Position numbers and translations under genes: made by a program. Below the pieces are notes generated by a model. It saw nothing but the letters and a program-made list of their open reading frames with translations, was not told where the DNA came from and did not search any database. From Pseudomonadota bacterium (GTDB lineage Bacteria; Pseudomonadota; Gammaproteobacteria; Burkholderiales; Burkholderiaceae_D), in contig JAZKGI010000067.1 of assembly GCA_040385995.1 (NCBI GenBank), forward strand, positions 1,429 through 65,428: a stretch of 64,000 nt of DNA, in the 5' to 3' direction. Shown here piece after piece: positions 29,901 through 38,282 of this stretch (the stretch's first letter is position 1; every line of letters starts with the position of its first letter).

Positions 29901-30067
29901 GATGGGTCGAATGACGCTTTATGTAAGTTGAAGTGAGGAAAAATGTATTGAGGAAACGTCAATTGACGCAACGCGGCAAATAGTAAACGAGTCATATTTT
30001 CCGCTCTGTGCGCTAGCTAACGTAGGCTTGCCCGCAATTGCCTTCGGACCCAGGCCGCCACGGCGCC

Positions 30068-30643
30068 TCAAAAACCGAAGCGGGCGCCCGCGCCCAGCAA
30101 GGTGGCCACGCCCAGCACGGCGAACAGGGCGGCCGCGATGCCGTGGACCAAGGGCAAGGGCACGGCGCTGGCGGCTTTTTCGCCCAGGTACACGGCCGGC
30201 ACGTTGGCCAGCATCATGCCCAGGGTGGTGCCGGCCACCACGGCGACGATGGCGTCATAGCGTGCAGCCAGGGCGACGGTGGCGATCTGGGTTTTGTCGC
30301 CCATTTCAGCCAGAAAAAAGGCGATCAGGGTAGTGAGAAACACGCCGTAGCCGCCGAAGCTGATTTCGTCGCCGTCGATTTTGTCCGGAATCAGGGTCCA
30401 GCCGGCCATCAATATAAAGGAGCCGCCCAGTACCCAGCGCAGCAGGTCCGGTCCCATCAGGGCGGTGATCCAGGCGCCCAGCGCGGCCGCGAAGGTGTGG
30501 TTGGCAACGGTGGCCAGCAAAATGGCCAACACGATGGGGAGGGGGCGGCGGAATCGGGCGGCCAGGCAAAAAGCCAGCAATTGGGTTTTGTCGCCGATTT
30601 CAGCGAGGGCGACGATGCCGGTGGAGACGAGGAAAGCTTCCAT
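30068..30643 (-). CDS. GDT1/TMEM165 (UPF0016) family cation (Mn2+/Ca2+) transporter
   Basis: Two E-x-G-D-K-T motifs (LAEIGDKTQ, LAEMGDKTQ) in a 2 x 3-TM repeat. Confidence 0.85.
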   Translation of the reverse strand: MEAFLVSTGIVALAEIGDKTQLLAFCLAARFRRPLPIVLAILLATVANHTFAAALGAWITALMGPDLLRWVLGGSFILMAGWTLIPDKIDGDEISFGGYGVFLTTLIAFFLAEMGDKTQIATVALAARYDAIVAVVAGTTLGMMLANVPAVYLGEKAASAVPLPLVHGIAAALFAVLGVATLLGAGARFGF

Positions 30644-30717
30644 GATGAGGGAGAGGTACGCGGGCCGGACGATTAACCAATGATGCAGGCGCGACTCCGG
30701 CCCATGCGGCCGCCCCT

Positions 30718-30826
30718 GATCAATGGTCTCGTCAAGTTGTTACACCATCTGCACCACGGCCTGCGGGCCGATGATGTTGATGCAGATTCTTTCAGCTGGC
30801 TGAAAGACGACTACTCCCCAATGCTC
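30718..30826 (-). promoter_or_regulatory. Candidate yybP-ykoY (Mn2+) riboswitch in the 5' leader of the GDT1 gene
   Basis: The minus strand reads ...GAGCAUUGGGGAGUAG-UCUUUCAGC/GCUGAAAGA hairpin-AUCUGCA..CGGCC/GGCCG..UGCAGAU-GGUGUAACAACUUGACGAGACCAUUGAUC. It shows the hallmark GGGGAGUAG and UUGAC..AGACC boxes, a closing helix (GAGCAUUGG/CCAUUGAUC, 7 of 9 pairs) and two internal perfect stems. It sits 75 nt upstream of the ATG. Confidence 0.65.
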
Positions 30827-30859
30827 TGGCGACATGATAGCAGAACCGGGCCGCGCGTT

Positions 30860-30978
30860 GCCCGGCCGTTCGTGGCCCGGCCGTTCGTGGCCCGGCCATT
30901 CGTGGCCCGGCCGTTCGTGGCCCGGCCATTCGCGGCCCGGCCATTCGTGGCCCGGCCATTCGTGGCCCGGCCGTCGTG
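30860..30978. repeat. 15-bp tandem repeat, ~8 copies (GCCCGGCC[G/A]TTCGTG)
   Basis: Units at 30860, 30875, 30890 ... 30950 plus a truncated copy. They lie in the divergent intergenic region between the riboswitch/GDT1 gene and the M1 aminopeptidase. Confidence 0.95.
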
Positions 30979-31076
30979 CCGCGGCGCCGCTCGCGCTGTC
31001 GCCGGCCGACCGGAAATGCTATTCTGCACGGCGCCGGCCTTGTTCGCCGGCGCCGGCCATCCATCGAGGACGACGA

Positions 31077-33019
31077 ATGCTGCTTTCCCCCTTTTTGCGC
31101 GTGCTGGCATGCGTGGTGTTATGTCATGTGGCGCCGGCTCAGGCGCAAGCGGCACCGGCCGCGTCCGGCAGCGCGCTGGTCCTGGCGCTGCCGGCGCCGA
31201 CGCGAGCCGACCCGTTCAGTCATGCGCGCATCGATCAGGTACGAGTGCGTCATCTGCGGCTGGACTTGAAGGCCGATTTCGCCAGCAAAACGCTGGCCGG
31301 CTGGGCCGAACTGTCGCTCACATGGCGCGACCCGGCCGCGCGCACGCTGCTGCTCGACACGCGCGCGTTGCGCATCGCGCGGGTCGAGGCGCGCGGGTCG
31401 AGGCGCGCGGCGGCCGCGGGGCCTGGGTCGCGGTGCCGTTCCAAATCGACCCGTCCGACCCGCGCGACCCGGTCATCGGCCAGGCCTTGCGCATCACCTT
31501 GCGCGGGCAGCCCGACCGGGTCCGGGTGCATTACCGCACCGCGCCCGAGGCCACCGCCTTGCAATGGATGCAGCCGCGCCAAACCTTGTCGGGCAAGCTG
31601 CCGTTCATGTTCAGCCAGTCCGAAACCATCGACGCGCGCTCCTGGGTGCCCTTACAAGACACGCCCGCCGTGCGCTTCACCTACCAGGCGCGGATCGATG
31701 CGCCGGCCGGCATGCGGGTGCTCATGAGCGCTGAAAACGCTGCCCGGCCGAACGGCGCGGGCGGCTGGCGATTCAAGATGGCGCAGCCGATTCCGTCGTA
31801 TCTGCTGGCCATTGCGATCGGCGAGATCGCGGTGCGTCAACTGGGTCCCCGTTCGGCCGTCTACGCCGAGCCGGCCCGCATCGACGCGGCGGCCTACGAA
31901 TTGGCCGACACGGAAAAGATGCTGCGCGCGGCCGAGGCGCTGTACGGACCGTATCGCTGGGGGCGCTACGACTTGCTGGTGCTGCCGCCTTCGTTCCCCA
32001 TCGGCGGCATGGAAAACCCGCGCCTGACCTTCGTCACGCCGACCATGATCGCGGGCGACCGCAGCCTGGTCGACTTGATCGCGCACGAGCTGGCCCATTC
32101 CTGGTCCGGCAACCTGGTCACCAACGCGACCTGGAAGCACTGGTGGCTCAACGAAGGTTTCACCACCTATGTGGCGACCCGCATTGTCGAGGCGCTGTAT
32201 GGACCCGAAGTGGCGCTGATGAATTTGCAGCTCGAGCAGGAAGAGTTATTCGCTTCGCTGACCTCGATCGCGCCGGCCAAACAAGCCTTGCTCACGCGCG
32301 CGCCCGACGCCGACCCCGCCAACACCTACACCGACGAGTATCTGGCCTATCCCAAGGGCGCCTGGCTGCTGCGCACCCTGGAGCAGCGCGCCGGGCGCGC
32401 GCTGTTCGACCCCTTTTTGCGCGGCTGGTTCGACCGGCACGCCTTCCAGAGCGTGGACACGGCCCAGTTCCTGAGCTACCTGCGCCGCAATCTGCTGCTG
32501 GCCCACCCGGAGGTGATGAGCGAGGCCGAACTTGACGAGTGGTTGTACGGCGGCGGCGTGCCGGCCGGCGCCCAGCGCGCCGCTTCGCCGCGCCTGGCAC
32601 GGCTCGACGCCAAGCGGGTGGCCTGGCTCAAGGGCGAATTGCCCGCCGCGCGCCTGGGCACCGAAGCCTGGGTCGCGCTGGAGTGGATGCATTTTTTGAA
32701 CGATATCGACGGCAAGGTCAGCGCCGAGCAGCTCGGTGAACTGGACCGCGCCTTCGGCCTGGCCGCCAGCGCCAACAATGAACTGACCTTCCGTTTTTAC
32801 CTGGCCGCGATCAAGGCCGGCTATCCGGTGCGGGCGCCTTTGCAGGCGTTCTTGATGAGCGTGGGGCGCCAGAAGTTCGTGGTGCCGCTCTACACCGCGC
32901 TGCTGGAGTCGCCGGCCGAACGGCGCTGGGCGCTGGAGCTGTACGCCCGGGCGCGCCAGCGCTATCATTCGGCCACCCAGGCCAGCGTCGACAAGCTGCT
33001 GGAAAAGAAACAGCCATAA
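31077..33019 (+). pseudogene. M1 family (leukotriene A4 hydrolase-like) aminopeptidase, frameshifted by a 14-bp tandem duplication
   Basis: The signal peptide and N-terminal domain (MLLSPFLRVLAC...LRIARVEARG) are in one frame from ATG 31077 (GAGGA RBS). The remainder (...VEARGGRGAWVAVPFQIDP ... GGMENP ... HELAHSWSGN ... WLNEGFT) is in the -1 frame up to the stop at 33019. Deleting one 14-bp copy gives an intact 642-codon ORF. Confidence 0.8.
31381..31408. repeat. Perfect 14-bp tandem duplication GGGTCGAGGCGCGC x2
   Basis: Read directly. Both reading frames translate RVEARG across the two copies. Confidence 0.95.
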
Positions 33020-33070
33020 AATTTATATTATATAAACGATTTATAACTAATCCGCGCTGGAGTGCGATCA

Positions 33071-34729
33071 ATGCCCATCATGAACCATCTGGCCGCGCTG
33101 GCCCTGATAGCCGGCGCCATGCACTGCCTGCCGTCGCGGGCGGCGCCGACCGCATCGACCGCGCCGACCGCGTCCCTCGCGTCGCCCGTCGCCGGTCCGG
33201 CGGCGCCCGCCTTCGATCTGGAGGCCGATGTCGCGCGTGCACTGGCCGCTTTCGATGTGCCGGGCATGGCGATCGCCATCGTCAAGGACGGCGCGCTGAT
33301 CGCCGCCAGGGGCTTCGGCGTGCGCCAGTTGGGTCAGCCGGCGACGGTGGACGGCACAACCCTGTTTGAAGTGGCATCCAATTCCAAGGCCTTCACGGCG
33401 GCGGCGCTGGCGATGCTGGTCGACGAAGGGAAATTGAACTGGGACGATCCGGTCACCAAGCACCTGCCCGATTTTCAGATGTACGACCCGTATGTCACCG
33501 GAGCGATGACGGTGCGCGATCTGCTGACCCACCGCAGCGGTCTCGGTCTGGGCGCGGGCGACTTGCTGTGGTGGCCCACCACTACCTTCAGCAGCGACGA
33601 GATCATCGAGAAGCTGCGTTACATCCGCCCGGCCACCAGCTTTCGTAGCGGCTATGCATACGACAACCTGCTCTATATCGTGGCCGGCAAGATCGTCGCG
33701 CAAAAAGCCGGCATGCCGTGGGGCGCGGCGATCCGGGCGCGCATCTTGCACCCGCTGGGCATGGACGCGAGCACCACCAGCCTGGCCGAAAACGTCGGTA
33801 TCGCCAATCTGGCCAGCCCGCACAGCAAGATCGGCGAGCGCACCACGGCCGTCAAGCCGATGCCGGTGGCCAATGCGGCCGGCGCGGTCGGCATCAACAC
33901 CAGCGCCGAGGATATCGCCCGCTGGATGACGGTGCTGCTCGACGGCGGCCAGCTGGACGGCAAGGCCGGCCCGGACGGCGCGCCGGCGCGCCTGTTCAGT
34001 CAGGCGCAAAGCCGCGAAATGTGGAGCGCGCACACCCCGATCAAGATCGCCGAGCCGAAAGCGGGACTGGAGGCGACCAAGCCCAATTTCAGCGCCTATG
34101 GCCTGGGTTTTCAATTGCGCGACTACCAGGGCCGCAAGCTGGTTTTGCACGGCGGCGCGCTGCAAGGATTTTATTCGCGGGTGGTGATGGTGCCGGAGGC
34201 GAAGCTGGGCATCGCGATTTTGACCAACGCCGAAAATAGCGGCGCGATCTCGGCCCTTCAGTGGCGCTTGCTGGACCATTATTTGAACGTGGCGCCGCGC
34301 GACTGGATCGCCACTTACGCCCGGGTCGAGCGCGAAACCCATCTCGCCGAATTGAGCCGAGTGGGCATGGCGGCGGCGCGCGCGGCCAAGTCGCAACCGT
34401 CGCTGCCACTGGCCGCTTACGACGGCCAGTATCGGGACCCGTGGTATGGCGGCGTGAGCATCGGCCTGGAAGACGGGCGCCGTATGCTGCGCTTTGCCCG
34501 CTCGCCGGACTTGGCCGGGGTGCTTGAGCATTTTCAGCACGATACCTTTATCGTGCGCTGGAAGGAGCGCAACTTCAACGCCGACGCCTACGTGACGTTC
34601 GCGCTCAATCCCGATGGCAGCATCGAGCGCATGAAAATGGCGCCGGTGTCGGAGGACACCGATTTCAGCTACGACTTCGCCGATCTGTCGTTGACGCCCG
34701 TCAAACCGACCCCGGCGCCGGCGCGATAG
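33071..34729 (+). CDS. Beta-lactamase-family serine hydrolase (class C / DD-peptidase-like) with C-terminal beta-barrel domain
   Basis: Signal peptide. SxxK motif in FEVASNSKAFTAAALA, plus YAYDNLLY and HGG. The start could also be GTG 33062 or ATG 33080. Confidence 0.8.
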   Translation: MPIMNHLAALALIAGAMHCLPSRAAPTASTAPTASLASPVAGPAAPAFDLEADVARALAAFDVPGMAIAIVKDGALIAARGFGVRQLGQPATVDGTTLFEVASNSKAFTAAALAMLVDEGKLNWDDPVTKHLPDFQMYDPYVTGAMTVRDLLTHRSGLGLGAGDLLWWPTTTFSSDEIIEKLRYIRPATSFRSGYAYDNLLYIVAGKIVAQKAGMPWGAAIRARILHPLGMDASTTSLAENVGIANLASPHSKIGERTTAVKPMPVANAAGAVGINTSAEDIARWMTVLLDGGQLDGKAGPDGAPARLFSQAQSREMWSAHTPIKIAEPKAGLEATKPNFSAYGLGFQLRDYQGRKLVLHGGALQGFYSRVVMVPEAKLGIAILTNAENSGAISALQWRLLDHYLNVAPRDWIATYARVERETHLAELSRVGMAAARAAKSQPSLPLAAYDGQYRDPWYGGVSIGLEDGRRMLRFARSPDLAGVLEHFQHDTFIVRWKERNFNADAYVTFALNPDGSIERMKMAPVSEDTDFSYDFADLSLTPVKPTPAPAR

Positions 34730-34998
34730 GACGGCCGCTCGGTCGCCAGCCGGCGCCGGTGGCGCTTTACGGCCGCGCGAACTTGAAGGCCATGCGGCCG
34801 CTCTCGCCGGTGGCCGCGTAGCTGGCGCATTGCACGGACGCGCGCAGTGCGCGCTTGAGTAATCTTTATTTCTCTAAAGCATAATTCATGCATCAAAAAA
34901 ATGGCAATCACAAAGCGGAACCTTCATGTTTACTTGATCACACATATTGCATAAAAATAGAAATAATTGATCAAAGTAAACATTTTTAGGTTAATCTC

Positions 34999-35757
34999 AT
35001 GCCAATTAATCCATATCAATACACCCCAGTGCCCCAGCTCTCTGGCAGCTACCAGCCTGCATCTTCCGCCAGCGCGGCACCAGCCTCGCCGGCGTCTACG
35101 CGCCCCCCCAGCGCCGGTTTGTCGCGCACGTCCTCCCACGAAAGCGCTAACTCGCGCAAGTTGCGCGGGCAATTCGCCGCCCAGTCCGTGGCCGAGCCGC
35201 AGTCGTCCAAGGCGGCGGCCGCCACCGGCGCCGCAGCCAATTCCGAAAAATGGGCCAAGTATTCGCTCGATAGTCACTATCTGTTCCGCTCCAAAGATCG
35301 GGACGATAATATGGTGCAAGGTTTCTTCAGTCCCGATGTGAACTATGCCGAGAAATACCATAACGGCGAGAAGGCCAGCCGTGCGGAAATGATGATGGTC
35401 ACGCTCGACCGCCCAGTTGGCGAGGTGCTGATCGAACTGGTCAAAAGCAAACGCGCGTTCGGTCAAAACGCCGGCGAGGTGGGCGGCATGATCAGCGACG
35501 GCGCCGAGGTGTCGAAGTGCGACAAAAAACGGGTCGAGGGAACGAAGCTGCAAAAAGATTACGAGTCGAACGCTTATAAAACTGCTTTACCCGGCGGCAA
35601 AACTCGGAAAAACCCGAAAAACGCGGTCATGTTCAAGCTGGAGGGCGACGTGGTCAACGTGGAGGTGTGTAGCCGCCTGATCAACAAAAAGACCAATGAT
35701 GAGGTGGCGCATCCGCTCGATCGCTATATCAAGGCGGTGGACTTACACTACAAGTGA
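34999..35757 (+). CDS. Hypothetical protein (low-GC orphan; disordered Ser/Pro/Ala-rich N-terminus)
   Basis: 252-aa ORF preceded by ~150 bp of AT-rich DNA. The gene body is visibly lower in GC than its neighbours. No signal peptide and no recognised catalytic motif. Confidence 0.5.
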   Translation: MPINPYQYTPVPQLSGSYQPASSASAAPASPASTRPPSAGLSRTSSHESANSRKLRGQFAAQSVAEPQSSKAAAATGAAANSEKWAKYSLDSHYLFRSKDRDDNMVQGFFSPDVNYAEKYHNGEKASRAEMMMVTLDRPVGEVLIELVKSKRAFGQNAGEVGGMISDGAEVSKCDKKRVEGTKLQKDYESNAYKTALPGGKTRKNPKNAVMFKLEGDVVNVEVCSRLINKKTNDEVAHPLDRYIKAVDLHYK

Positions 35758-35824
35758 TGCCTGTTTCGGCCCGGCCGGGCGAAAGTTGGCCGACGCCGGC
35801 TACTGCGGGCGCCCGCCCGCATGC

Positions 35825-35862
35825 GCCCGGGGCGGCTTCGGCCGCCCCGGGCGTTGTCGTTT
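35825..35862 (+). terminator. Intrinsic terminator after the orphan gene
   Basis: GCCCGGGGCGGC-TTCG-GCCGCCCCGGGC (12-bp perfect stem) followed by GTTGTCGTTT. Confidence 0.6.
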
Positions 35863-35871
35863 ACGGCATCA

Positions 35872-36780
35872 TCACGGTTTGACAAATTTGAGCGTCATGC
35901 GGTCGCTCTCGCCGATGGCCGCGTACTTGGCGCGATCCTCGTCCTGGTTGGCATAGCGCGGCGGCAGCGCCCACACGCCATTTTTATGGTCGGCCTTGTC
36001 CTTCGGATTGGCGTTGATTTCCGATTTGGCGGCCAGCTTGAAGCCGGCGCTTTCGATCAGCCTGATCACGTAATCTTCATGCAGGTAGCCGCTGCTCGCT
36101 TGGGCGTCCTGTTTGGCGGCGGGCGGCAAGCGGTGATCGACCACACCGAACACCCCACCCGGCTTCAAGCTGTCGTAGACGCTGGCGAACAGGGTCTTCA
36201 TGCTGGCCTCGCCGGCCGGAATCCAGTTGTGGATGTTGCGGAAGGTGAGCACCATGTCGGCGCTGGCTTTGGGCGCGAATCGGTAGGTGGTGGGGGGAGC
36301 GAACACGCCCAGTTGCACCTTGTCGAAGGCGGCCGGATTGGCGTCGAGTTTCTTTTGGAAGCGTTCGGCGCTCTGGCGTGCCCCTTCATCGCTCGACTTG
36401 GCGTCCGGGCCGGCGGCGATCAGTTTGCCGTTTTCGCGCAAATAGGGCGCCAGGATTTCCGTGTACCAACCCCCGCCCGGCGCTAGTTCAACCACCGTCA
36501 TGGTCGGTTTGATGCCGAAAAAGCTGAGCGTCTCATACGGATGGCGGGCCGCGTCGCGCGCCACATTGGCTGGCGTGCGCTGGTTGCCGGCAATGGCCGC
36601 CTTTAACGCGTCCCCGCTTTGCACGGCGCCCGTCTGCACGGCGCCCGCTTGCACGGCGCCCGCTTGCACGGCGCCCGCTTGCACGGCGGCCGCTTGCACG
36701 GCGCCCGCTTGCACGGCGGCCGCTTGTACGACGCCGACCGCGCTACCGGTCAGCAGCGCGCTTAGAATCCATTGCTTCAT
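35872..36780 (-). CDS. Secreted class I SAM-dependent methyltransferase with (AVQAG)n repeat after the signal peptide
   Basis: Signal peptide MKQWILSALLTGSAVGVVQA, then AAVQAGAVQAAAVQAGAVQAGAVQAGAVQTGAVQSG. The MTase motif I is VVELAPGGGWYT. Confidence 0.8.
   Translation of the reverse strand: MKQWILSALLTGSAVGVVQAAAVQAGAVQAAAVQAGAVQAGAVQAGAVQTGAVQSGDALKAAIAGNQRTPANVARDAARHPYETLSFFGIKPTMTVVELAPGGGWYTEILAPYLRENGKLIAAGPDAKSSDEGARQSAERFQKKLDANPAAFDKVQLGVFAPPTTYRFAPKASADMVLTFRNIHNWIPAGEASMKTLFASVYDSLKPGGVFGVVDHRLPPAAKQDAQASSGYLHEDYVIRLIESAGFKLAAKSEINANPKDKADHKNGVWALPPRYANQDEDRAKYAAIGESDRMTLKFVKP
36621..36725. repeat. 15-bp tandem repeat x7 inside the methyltransferase CDS (GCACGGCGCCCGCTT)
   Basis: Units at 36621, 36636 ... 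36711. In frame, encoding AVQAG pentapeptides on the minus strand. Confidence 0.9.
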
Positions 36781-36881
36781 GTGTTTCCCTTCATGAGTGT
36801 GAGTGGCGCCGGACGGCCACCCCGCATGATGATCGTGTAACCGGAAGTTCCGGTCAAGCGGATTTGGCGCGTGTTTCGGTC

Positions 36882-37787
36882 TTAGGCATGGTCCAGCATC
36901 CAGTCCTTGAGGCCGTCCACCCAGGACTTGGCCGGCAGGTTCAGGCGGCGTTTGAGCCCGGCCGCCCGGTCGTAGAGTTCACTGAAGTCGAGCCGGGGCG
37001 CGCGCTTGAAGGCGATCACCACCAGGTTGCTGTCGCCGGTTTCCGGCACCCATACCACGGCGTCGAACACAGCCTGCATGGCGCGCAGATTTTTTTCATA
37101 ATTGGCCAGCTCGCCGAATACATTGGTCAGCATGATGCCGTCGGCGTCCAGGCAATCGCAACAAGCCTGGTAAAACGCCGGCGTGTCGAGCACCGGTCCG
37201 CGCGCCTGTTCGTCATACAAATCGACTTGCAAGATATCGACGCCGGCGCGGTTGGCCGGGTCGCACACGAAATCGAGCGCGTCCATCTGGCGCACGGCCA
37301 GCCTGGCATCGTCGGCAGGCAAGCCGAAGCGGGCTTCGCACACGGCGATCACGTTCGGGTTGAGCTCGACGGCCGTCACACGCGTGTGGGGCAGGCGGCG
37401 GTAGCAAAACTTGGTCAGGGCGCCGCTGCCCAGGCCCAGCTGCACCACGTGGCGCGGCTGCTCGGTAAACAGTAGCCACATCATCATCATTTGCACATAG
37501 GTCAGTTCGATCGCATCCGGTTTGGCCAAGCGCATCGCGCCCTGGACCCAGGCAGTGCCCAGATGCAGGAAGCGCACCCCGCGGTGTTCGCTGATGGTGG
37601 CCGGCGGATGGCCGGGCTGGTTGAACGCGGGCGGGCCGGTATGGGTGCTTGGGTCGGACATGGTGGCGGTGGCGGCGACTTTGGAAACGGCCCAGTGTAA
37701 CCGTTGCCGCATGGTGGGTGTGAAACCCCCGCCGCGCTGCGGGGCGCGCAACACGGTTTGCATGGTTGGCGCGGTTTGTTTACTCAA
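36882..37787 (-). CDS. Spermidine-synthase-like (PABS fold) methyltransferase family protein
   Basis: Motifs include VVQLGLGSGALTKF, VTAVELNP and DILQVDLYD. The start is uncertain (in-frame ATGs at codons 1, 9, 26 and 43). Confidence 0.7.
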   Translation of the reverse strand: MSKQTAPTMQTVLRAPQRGGGFTPTMRQRLHWAVSKVAATATMSDPSTHTGPPAFNQPGHPPATISEHRGVRFLHLGTAWVQGAMRLAKPDAIELTYVQMMMMWLLFTEQPRHVVQLGLGSGALTKFCYRRLPHTRVTAVELNPNVIAVCEARFGLPADDARLAVRQMDALDFVCDPANRAGVDILQVDLYDEQARGPVLDTPAFYQACCDCLDADGIMLTNVFGELANYEKNLRAMQAVFDAVVWVPETGDSNLVVIAFKRAPRLDFSELYDRAAGLKRRLNLPAKSWVDGLKDWMLDHA

Positions 37788-37921
37788 TGCGACAAAACGC
37801 TCAAAGCATTTACCCGGCCCTTATTTTAGCGACGATAACGCTTGATTCTTTAATGTGCTAGGACTATCGTAAGCTGGTAATGATGGTGGGAAACGAAATA
37901 AGCCATATAATCAAAATCAGT

Positions 37922-37955
37922 AATATAGTTAAAATGAACAATATAGTTAAAATGA
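37922..37955. repeat. Two copies of AATATAGTTAAAATGA spaced 2 bp apart in an AT-rich intergenic region
   Basis: Exact 16-mers at 37922-37937 and 37940-37955, within the 495-bp divergent region 37788-38282. Confidence 0.85.
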
Positions 37956-38282
37956 TCAAAGTTTATATCGTGATTTAAAGCTGGCGCTAGGATGCCGGCT
38001 TATATTTTTGCCCCAACGGTATGGAATATTCGATATACGCAAAAATGTTATCTTGAGAAGCGGCCGGTATTGTGGGGGCGGTCGCCGCCTTGGCGCCACG
38101 CGGAAGGGCGCGCCGCGGGCGTGCCGCAGCGGGCGCGTCACTGAGCTTGTGCGATGCGCTTTTATATTGCGCGCATGGTTGATTCAAGATCTGCCGCAAT
38201 TGAGGCGCCAGGCATGGGACGGCCGGCGGCCGGTTCACACAGCGTCCGCATACCGCCATAGCGGCGCCATGGAGAATAAACT

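Noticed and set aside
30680-31076. N-terminal 130+ codons of the 779-aa ORF, including VARPF repeats
   Set aside because: This frame only becomes the real aminopeptidase frame after the 14-bp duplication at 31381-31408. The genuine N-terminus (signal peptide, RBS) is in another frame from 31077.
34999-35757. ADP-ribosyltransferase assignment for the 252-aa orphan (R in YLFRS, S in GFFSPD)
   Set aside because: The R-to-S spacing is too short and no convincing ExE/QxE motif follows. It remains a hypothetical protein.
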